NCBI GenBank assembly: GCA_040326155.1
Contig: JBEQLE010000103.1
Coordinates: 1-11,199 of the forward strand
DNA: 11,199 nucleotides
Direction of reading: 5' to 3'
DNA from: Leptospirales bacterium
GTDB taxonomy: Bacteria; Spirochaetota; Leptospiria; Turneriellales; JAOUFE01
Shown in pieces: positions 1 to 6,864 of the stretch (the stretch's first letter is position 1; every line of letters begins with the position of its first letter). A model generated the notes under the pieces. The model was not told where the DNA came from and searched no databases. It saw only the letters and a program-made list of their open reading frames with translations. The position numbers were made by a program, and so were the translations under genes.

Positions 1-45
1 GTATAACTAAAAACTTCAAACATGAAGCCATGTAAAAGTATAAAA

Positions 46-107
46 CGTATGGGGTGCCGTAATATGCTGGAGGCAGATGCAGGCAGGGGAAAGGCTTTTC
101 CCCCTTT
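46..107 (+). repeat. Structured intergenic element, copy 1 (direct repeat of 10553-10659)
   Basis: Shares CGTATGGGGT (46-55), AGGGGAAAGG (85-94) and CTTTTCCCC (95-103) with copy 2. Can fold as TGCC(55-58)-GTA-ATATGC(62-67)-loop TGGAG-GCAGAT(73-78)-GCA-GGCA(82-85), followed by GGGGAAA-GGCT-TTTCCCC. Confidence 0.75.
86..107. terminator. Hairpin GGGGAAA-GGCT-TTTCCCC, possible intrinsic terminator just past the fumC stop
   Basis: 7-bp perfect stem (86-92/97-103) about 18 nt beyond the fumC stop codon. There is a short T-run (105-107) on the + strand and no good U-tract on the - strand, so the direction is uncertain. Confidence 0.4.
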
Positions 108-121
108 CCTTGTAATTATCT

Positions 122-1552
122 TTAATAAACTCTGGGTTGGGAACCACCACCTGTCATATTTTCTGGTTTCACAATTTTATCAAAATCTTTAGCTTTCACC
201 AAGTTCAGTTCCAGGGCAGACTCTCGAAGTGTGATGCCTTTTTTGTGGGCATTGGTAGCAATTTTCGCAGCATTGTCGTATCCAATAGTTGAATTTAGGG
301 CTGTGACCAACATCAGTGAGTTTTCGAGGTGGCTTTTAATATTTTTTAAATTTGGTTTGAGCCCCACGACGCAGTACTTGTTGAAACTCAAACAAACGTC
401 TGAAAGCAAGCGAACAGAGTTGAGAACGTTAAAAATAATCAAGGGTTTGTTTACGTTGAGTTCAAAATTTCCCGTGGCAGCTCCAATGTTTACGGCTACA
501 TCATTTCCCATGACCTGGGCGCATACCATAACCAGGGCTTCGCTCTGTGTAGGGTTCACCTTGCCCGGCATGATGGAAGAGCCGGGTTCATTTTCAGGTA
601 GGTCTAATTCACCAATGCCACATCGCGGTCCACTGGCAAGCCACCGAATATCATTTCCTATTTTCATTAGGTCGGTCGCGAGGGTCTTCAAAACTCCACT
701 TGCATTTGTCAGGGCTCCATGTGAAGCCAGGGCTTCAAACTTGTTGGGGGCTGTAACAAATGGTAATCCCGTTATTTTCAATATTTTTTGGGCAACCAGT
801 TTATCAAAACCAGCAGGAGCATTGAGTCCCGTACCCACGGCAGTCCCCCCTAAAGCAAGTTCATATAAAGATATTAACACGCTTTTCAACCGCTCTATGT
901 TAGAAGACAGTTGTGAAACGTAACCGGAAAACTCCTGGCCAAGTGTAAGTGGTGTAGCGTCCATTAGGTGTGTTCGACCAATCTTAACGATGTCGGCAAA
1001 CAAATCGGATTTAACCTGAAAAGAGTCACGTAGTTCCGAAACAGCCGGAATCAGTCGATGCATAATTTGTTCCACTGTTGCAATATGCATCACTGTCGGG
1101 AATGTATCATTCGAACTCTGAGATCTGTTTACATCGTTATTCGGATGAATAGGATTTTTACTGCCAAGAACTCCTCCGGCAAGTTCAATAGAACGGTTGG
1201 CTATCACCTCATTTGCATTCATATTTGTCTGTGTGCCACTTCCGGTTTGCCAGACATATAGAGGAAAATGGTCATCGAGTTTACCATCGATGACTTCATC
1301 TGCACTTTTTACGATGAGGCTGCATTTTTCTTCGGGTAAAACCCCCAGTTCACTGTTGGAGAGAGCGGCTGCTTTTTTTACGATTCCCAAAGCCCGTATA
1401 ATTTCTCGAGGAAAATGATCGTTTCCAATTTTAAAGTGAAGGAGTGATCGTTGAGTTTGCGCGCCCCAATACCGGTCATTTGGTACCTCAACTTCACCCA
1501 TGGAATCTTTTTCGATTCTGAACTTTTGTTCGGGGGCTTCTATGTTTCTCAT
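122..1552 (-). CDS. fumC: Class II fumarate hydratase
   Basis: Motifs [67 protein letters not shown] and the fumarate-lyase signature [18 protein letters not shown] at 1552 ([16 protein letters not shown]) is preferred to the track's TTG at 1582 because FumC proteins normally start shortly before RxExD. Confidence 0.97.
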   Translation of the reverse strand: MRNIEAPEQKFRIEKDSMGEVEVPNDRYWGAQTQRSLLHFKIGNDHFPREIIRALGIVKKAAALSNSELGVLPEEKCSLIVKSADEVIDGKLDDHFPLYVWQTGSGTQTNMNANEVIANRSIELAGGVLGSKNPIHPNNDVNRSQSSNDTFPTVMHIATVEQIMHRLIPAVSELRDSFQVKSDLFADIVKIGRTHLMDATPLTLGQEFSGYVSQLSSNIERLKSVLISLYELALGGTAVGTGLNAPAGFDKLVAQKILKITGLPFVTAPNKFEALASHGALTNASGVLKTLATDLMKIGNDIRWLASGPRCGIGELDLPENEPGSSIMPGKVNPTQSEALVMVCAQVMGNDVAVNIGAATGNFELNVNKPLIIFNVLNSVRLLSDVCLSFNKYCVVGLKPNLKNIKSHLENSLMLVTALNSTIGYDNAAKIATNAHKKGITLRESALELNLVKAKDFDKIVKPENMTGGGSQPRVY

Positions 1553-1665
1553 TACAATCAATATATATGAATTTTTGACCAATGAACAATTCGAACAAGT
1601 TTTACTTCAAAACTCGCTTGTCGCAAAGGCGAAAATAATAATAAAATTCGTCACCCTGGTTTGTA

Positions 1666-1695
1666 TTTACTATATTGAAAGATGGTAATTAGAAT
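1666..1695 (+). promoter_or_regulatory. Candidate sigma70-type promoter for the aceE operon
   Basis: TTTACT (1666-1671), 18-nt spacer, TAGAAT (1690-1695) in the AT-rich divergent intergenic region. A chance match is possible. Confidence 0.3.
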
Positions 1696-1752
1696 ATTGT
1701 ATTGCCCAGCCAAAATACAAAGAAACGGATTTTACATAGTAAGGGGTCTGTT

Positions 1753-4290
1753 TTGCCTATAAAGTTAACAAAAACCCCTTATATAAATACTATTTCTAAA
1801 AATTCCCAACCTGCCTATCCGGGAGATCGAGCTTTAGAAAGAAGGTTAAAAAGTATCATTCGATGGAATGCTATGGCTATGGTTGTGCGGGCTAACAATT
1901 TGCACCCAGGTTTAGGGGGGCATATTTCGACATATGCTTCTGCGGCAACTCTGTATGAAACCGGGTTTCAACATTTTTTTCGGGCACCTTCTAAAGATTT
2001 TACCGGTGATCTTGTTTATTTTCAAGGCCACGCATCACCTGGAATTTATTCCAGGGCTTTTCTGGAAGGACGTTTCAGCCAGGAAAATCTGGAAAACTTT
2101 CGAAGAGAGTTGGCCTCGGCTGGCGGGCTGAGCTCTTACCCGCACCCGGCTTTGATGCAAAATTTTTGGCAATACCCGACGGTGTCCATGGGGCTGGGAC
2201 CTCTATTTGCCATCTACCAGGCACGCTTTTGGCGTTACTTGGAAAACAGAAAAATCAAAACAAAAGACAGCTCTAAAATTTGGGCTTTTTTAGGCGACGG
2301 AGAGACAGATGAAGTCGAAAGTCTGGGGGCCTTATTAGCCGCTTCTCGCCATAATTTGGATAATCTGATTTTCGTGGTAAACTGTAATTTGCAAAGGCTC
2401 GATGGACCGGTCAGGGGAAATGGAAAAATTATTCAAGAGTTAGAAAGCGCATTTTCTGGCGCCGGTTGGAAAGTTATAAAAGTTATTTGGGGTTCCGACT
2501 GGGATGAGCTAATCGACGCCGATCATAACTTTATATTGCAAAACAAAATGGAATCTACTTTAGATGGAGATTATCAAAAATACTCCGTTGAAAGTGGATC
2601 TTATATTCGAGAACATTTTTTCTCACCGGAACCATTTTTACAAGAACTTGTATCAGGCCGAAGTGACGATCAATTAAGAAAGTTGAACAGAGGTGGTCAC
2701 GATCCTGTTAAGGTGTATACGGCCTATCGCGAGGCCGCTGCGTCCGACCGCCCTGTTGTAATTTTAGCCAAAACAGTAAAGGGTTATGGAATGGGCGAAA
2801 GTGGTGAAGGCATGAATATCACCCACCAACAGAAAAAATTAAATAACGAAGAGTTAAAAAAGTTTCGAACCCGTTTCGACATTCCACTTACCGACAAAGA
2901 GATTATCGATACTCCCTTTTATAAACCTCCGGAAGACTCTCTGGAGATGCAGTATTTATTTGAACGACGAAAAAGTCTGGGAGGTTTTTTACCCCAGAGA
3001 AAAAACTACTCTCCAGGGTTTACACAGCCTGACCCCGATTTATTTGAGGAATTTTATAAGGGGTCGGATGGACGTGAAGTTTCAACGACAATGGCCTATG
3101 TTCGCCTTCTTTCCAAACTCATAAGTGATAAAAAAATTGGAAAGTATATTGTACCGATTATTCCTGATGAAGCAAGAACATTTGGCATCGACGCCCTTTT
3201 TCGAAGTATCGGTATTTACTCTCCGGAAAAGCAAAAATATGAACCGGTTGATTCCGGGAATTTAATGTATTACCGAGAGTCCCCCCAAGGACAAATTTTA
3301 GAAGAGGGCATTAATGAAGCCGGTGCGATGTCTACTTTTATTGCAGCAGGAACTGCCCATAGTTTGTTACAAAAAAACCTAATTCCTTTTTATACATATT
3401 ACTCCATGTTCGGCGCCCAAAGGGTCGGTGATCTCGTCTGGGCTGCGGCAGATTCAGGAACCAGAGGGTTTTTAATTGGCGCAACTTCAGGTCGAACCAC
3501 TTTAAATGGTGAAGGCTTACAACACCAGGATGGTCATAGCCATCTACTTTTTTCTGTTGTTCCCCATTGTGTTTGTTATGACCCTGCTTTTGCATACGAA
3601 ATCAGTGTGATTGTAAAAGAAGGCATTCGGCGAATGTTTGAACAAAAAGAGAATGTTATGTATTACTTAACTGTAACAAATGAAAACTATGTGATGCCAG
3701 AAATGCCAAAAGGTGTTGAAGATGGAATTTTGCAAGGCATCTATAAATTTCAAACGTCAACTTTGGAGAATGAATATAAAGCTCATTTAATTGGTTCAGG
3801 TTCTATCTTGAAAGAAAGTATTCGCGCTGCAAATGTATTGGAAGAAGAATATAATATTGCCTGCGATATTTGGAGTGCCACCAGTTATACACAACTTCGA
3901 ACAGAAGGGCTTGAAATCGATAGGTGGAATTACCTTCATCCTGAAGAAGAGAAAAAGCTCACTTACGTAGAGAAGGTATTTGAAAAGGAAAAAGGGGTAT
4001 TTATAGCAGCCTCTGACTTCGTAAAAGCACTACCCGATTCCATATCAAAATGGCTCAATGTAATATCGTTAGGAACAGATGGTTTTGGTTTTAGTGAAAC
4101 ACGAGAAAAACTGCGCGACTATTTTGAAATAGATTATCGTCATATCGCTTTTGTCGCGGCAGGAGCGCTTTACCGGGAACATAAAATAGATAAAGAACTA
4201 CTTCAAAAAATAAAAACGGATTTAAATATATTGGCAGAAAAACCCGGAAAGGTTTGGAACAATACAAAAGGAGAGACAAATGGAGTTTAA
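1753..4290 (+). CDS. aceE: Pyruvate dehydrogenase E1 component, homodimeric (AceE type)
   Basis: YINTI..YPGDRALERR..IRWNAMAMV, GGHIS, FQGHASPGIY, YPTVSMGLGP, ThDP motif GDGETDE..NCNLQRLDGPV, THQQKK, PDEARTFG, EEGINEAG and GEGLQHQDGHSH. The ORF is open from TTG 1702, but the in-frame TTG at 1753 has an SD-like AAGGGG at 1741-1746, so the start is uncertain (1702 or 1753). Confidence 0.95.
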   Translation: MPIKLTKTPYINTISKNSQPAYPGDRALERRLKSIIRWNAMAMVVRANNLHPGLGGHISTYASAATLYETGFQHFFRAPSKDFTGDLVYFQGHASPGIYSRAFLEGRFSQENLENFRRELASAGGLSSYPHPALMQNFWQYPTVSMGLGPLFAIYQARFWRYLENRKIKTKDSSKIWAFLGDGETDEVESLGALLAASRHNLDNLIFVVNCNLQRLDGPVRGNGKIIQELESAFSGAGWKVIKVIWGSDWDELIDADHNFILQNKMESTLDGDYQKYSVESGSYIREHFFSPEPFLQELVSGRSDDQLRKLNRGGHDPVKVYTAYREAAASDRPVVILAKTVKGYGMGESGEGMNITHQQKKLNNEELKKFRTRFDIPLTDKEIIDTPFYKPPEDSLEMQYLFERRKSLGGFLPQRKNYSPGFTQPDPDLFEEFYKGSDGREVSTTMAYVRLLSKLISDKKIGKYIVPIIPDEARTFGIDALFRSIGIYSPEKQKYEPVDSGNLMYYRESPQGQILEEGINEAGAMSTFIAAGTAHSLLQKNLIPFYTYYSMFGAQRVGDLVWAAADSGTRGFLIGATSGRTTLNGEGLQHQDGHSHLLFSVVPHCVCYDPAFAYEISVIVKEGIRRMFEQKENVMYYLTVTNENYVMPEMPKGVEDGILQGIYKFQTSTLENEYKAHLIGSGSILKESIRAANVLEEEYNIACDIWSATSYTQLRTEGLEIDRWNYLHPEEEKKLTYVEKVFEKEKGVFIAASDFVKALPDSISKWLNVISLGTDGFGFSETREKLRDYFEIDYRHIAFVAAGALYREHKIDKELLQKIKTDLNILAEKPGKVWNNTKGETNGV

Positions 4291-5419
4291 TATTCCAGAG
4301 TTGGGTGAGAATATTAATTCAGGAACCGTCGTTTCTGTGAAAGTGAAAGTGGGAGATATTGTACAAAAAGACGATGTCTTATTTGAACTCGAAACAGAAA
4401 AAGCAGTACTGGAAGTTCCCGCACCAGAATCCTCAAAAATTGTAAAAGTGCTCATAGAAAACGGGCAAGATGTGGAAGTGGGCGAACATATATTAGATTT
4501 CGAGCCACAAGAAGAAATATTAAAAGAACACAACGAAATTATAGAAAAAACAATCTTACCAAAAACAGAGGTGAATACTAACTTATCGAAAACTGATGCA
4601 AAGATATTGCCTGCTGCTTCCCCCAGTGTGCGGCGTGAAGCAAGAAATCTACAAGTAGACTTAGAAAAAACAGAAGGCAGCGGTTCGCACGGTAGAATTT
4701 TATCGGAAGATTTAGAAAAAACCAAAGAAGGTGGGATACGGCGGGTACCGATGTCCAAGCTGAGAAAAACAATCGCCAGAAATATTGAACACTCGTATTT
4801 TAACATCCCACAGGTCACACAAAATGATGAAGCCGACATAACGTCGATGGAAGAGTTTCGAAAAAACAGTTCCACAAGTAGTTTCAAAATTTCGCCGTCA
4901 GCTATGATCTTAAAAGTATTATCAAAAGCGTTGAGAAAATTTCCAGAATTCAATGCCAGTATCGATATGGAAAAAGGGGAAATACTTTACAAAGAAGATA
5001 TTAACATAGGAGTCGCAGCGGATACGAAAGATGGTCTGCTTGTTCCGGTTATTTTTCACGCCGACCAGAAAAGCTTATCAGAAATAGCATCTGAGTTGAT
5101 CGAAAAATCTGAAAAAGCGCGTAGTAGAAAACTCACAATCGATGAGATGAAAGGTTCGAGCTTTACTTTTACGAATCTCGGTTCCATCGGTGGCTCTTTT
5201 TTTACACCCATTATTCCATCGGGTGAAGTCGCCATTTTAGGTGTCGGTCGTTCTTCTATAAAACCAAAATATATCGACCAAGCTTTTTTACCTAAGTTGT
5301 TTTTACCTCTATCTTTATCGTACGATCACCGTCTAATCGATGGCGCTCAGGCAGTACGCTTTTTACGTTGGATAGTAAATAGTCTGGAAAATCCATGGTA
5401 CATGGAGGTTGATTCATGA
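4280..5419 (+). CDS. aceF: Dihydrolipoamide acetyltransferase (PDH E2) with a single lipoyl domain
   Basis: Lipoyl domain (IPELGE..ELETEKAVLEVP, Lys41), peripheral subunit-binding domain (ASPSVRREAR..GSGSHGRILSEDL) and catalytic core with LSLSYDHRLIDGA. SD AAAGGAG lies upstream and the gene overlaps the aceE end by 11 nt. Acetyl specificity is inferred from its position after aceE. Confidence 0.92.
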   Translation: MEFNIPELGENINSGTVVSVKVKVGDIVQKDDVLFELETEKAVLEVPAPESSKIVKVLIENGQDVEVGEHILDFEPQEEILKEHNEIIEKTILPKTEVNTNLSKTDAKILPAASPSVRREARNLQVDLEKTEGSGSHGRILSEDLEKTKEGGIRRVPMSKLRKTIARNIEHSYFNIPQVTQNDEADITSMEEFRKNSSTSSFKISPSAMILKVLSKALRKFPEFNASIDMEKGEILYKEDINIGVAADTKDGLLVPVIFHADQKSLSEIASELIEKSEKARSRKLTIDEMKGSSFTFTNLGSIGGSFFTPIIPSGEVAILGVGRSSIKPKYIDQAFLPKLFLPLSLSYDHRLIDGAQAVRFLRWIVNSLENPWYMEVDS

Positions 5420-6864
5420 ACTCTCTGAAATCAGATGTTGTTATTATTGGCGCCGGACCGGGTGGTTATGCGGCTGCTTTTTTGGCTGCCGATCTCGGAA
5501 TGCAAGTGAGCATTGTTGATCCCGAAGCTCATCCTGGGGGGGTCTGTTTATATCGTGGGTGCATCGCTTCGAAAGCCCTATTGCACGCCGCGAAAGTACT
5601 CTCTGACGCCGAGGATGCAAAACAGTTTGGTCTAAATTTCGGAAACCCGCAAATCGATTTAAGTAAACTTCGAAACTGGAAAGATGACATCATTCTTAAG
5701 CTAACTTCCGGATTAAGTTCGTTAACGAAAAGTAGGAATATTACTTATATTCAAGGCTATGCTAAATTTCGGAATTCGAATGAATTAGAAATCAGGAGTG
5801 TATCGGATGAAAAATCTGACGACTTTAAAGTATTGACCTTTCAGAAGGCCATTATTGCCACCGGCTCCAAACCTGCCCATTTTCCATATGCTCCGTTATC
5901 GGAAAGTATTATGGACTCTACGATGGCTTTGCAGATTAAGAATATTCCCAAAACGTTATTGGTTGTAGGGGCTGGGTACATCGGGTTAGAGTTGGGTTCT
6001 GTTTATGCCAATTTAGGTTCTGAAGTTACAATCGTAGAAGCGGGCGATACATTACTGCCTGCCGTCGATCGAGATCTCGTTGCAGTTTTTGCAAAAAAAC
6101 AAAAGAACCTTTTTAAAGAGATACTACTATCTGTAAAAGTAGAAAAACTGACCCAAACCGACCACGGAGCCAAAGCACAAATAGTTAGCGAAGATGGCGA
6201 AGAGAAGCAGATGTTCTTTGATAAAATTTTGTCAGCAATTGGTAGAAATCCTAATTCACAATTTTTAGGTTTGGAAAATACAAATGTAAAAACAGATGAA
6301 AAAGGATTCATTCAAACAGATGAAACCGGAAAAACATTCGATGAGAATATATATGCAATCGGAGATGTAACGGGGGAACCCATGCTGGCTCATGCTGCCT
6401 CGGCCCAGGGCAAGATTGCCGCCGAAGCGATTGCAGGTGAAAATGTAATCTATGCACCCCGAGTCGTGCCTGCTGTAATCTTTACAGATCCACAAATTGC
6501 GTGGTGTGGAATTACCCAAAGTCAGGCAAAAACCATGGATATCGAAGTTGTGCGATTTCCCTGGGGAGCTTCGGGAAGAGCCCTGACCATGAACCGGACT
6601 GATGGCCTGACAAAGTTATTTATCGATCGAAAAAGCAAAAGAATACTGGGTATGGGAATTGCCGGACCGGAAGCAGGCGAGATGATCGCCGAAGGTGTTT
6701 TAGCCATCGAAATGGGAGCTGTCGCAGGTGACATCGGGATGTCGATTCACGCGCACCCTACTCTATCTGAAACGGTAATGGAAGGAGCGGAAAGTTTTTT
6801 TGGTCAGGCAACTCATTTATATAGACCTCAAACAAAAACAAAACCGACAAAGGATACAATATGA
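5416..6864 (+). CDS. lpdA: Dihydrolipoamide dehydrogenase (E3)
   Basis: FAD-binding GAGPGGY, redox disulfide GGVCLYRGCIASKAL, IIATGS, NAD-binding GAGYIGLE, AIGDV..PMLAH and C-terminal HAHPTLSE. SD GGAGGT; ATGA overlap with aceF. Confidence 0.96.
   Translation: MNSLKSDVVIIGAGPGGYAAAFLAADLGMQVSIVDPEAHPGGVCLYRGCIASKALLHAAKVLSDAEDAKQFGLNFGNPQIDLSKLRNWKDDIILKLTSGLSSLTKSRNITYIQGYAKFRNSNELEIRSVSDEKSDDFKVLTFQKAIIATGSKPAHFPYAPLSESIMDSTMALQIKNIPKTLLVVGAGYIGLELGSVYANLGSEVTIVEAGDTLLPAVDRDLVAVFAKKQKNLFKEILLSVKVEKLTQTDHGAKAQIVSEDGEEKQMFFDKILSAIGRNPNSQFLGLENTNVKTDEKGFIQTDETGKTFDENIYAIGDVTGEPMLAHAASAQGKIAAEAIAGENVIYAPRVVPAVIFTDPQIAWCGITQSQAKTMDIEVVRFPWGASGRALTMNRTDGLTKLFIDRKSKRILGMGIAGPEAGEMIAEGVLAIEMGAVAGDIGMSIHAHPTLSETVMEGAESFFGQATHLYRPQTKTKPTKDTI

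Noticed and set aside
122..155. FumC C-terminal tail GGGSQPRVY as evidence of a recombination junction
   Set aside because: FumC C-termini vary naturally, so this is insufficient on its own.
231..923. 230-aa + strand ORF, plus the small ORFs at 1058, 1197 and 1500
   Set aside because: They are antisense shadows of fumC or overlap its start, and show no recognisable motifs.
1660..1721. 9-bp inverted repeat TTTGTATTT/AAATACAAA near the aceE start
   Set aside because: It is low complexity in an AT-rich region with a 44-nt spacer, so it is probably chance.
4222..4953. 243-aa - strand ORF
   Set aside because: It is antisense to aceE/aceF, and its Ser/Phe-rich composition simply mirrors the GAA/AAA codons on the coding strand.
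5536..5542. G7 run in lpdA as a phase-variation tract
   Set aside because: It is explained by the conserved Gly-Gly-Val codons, it is short, and the frame is intact.
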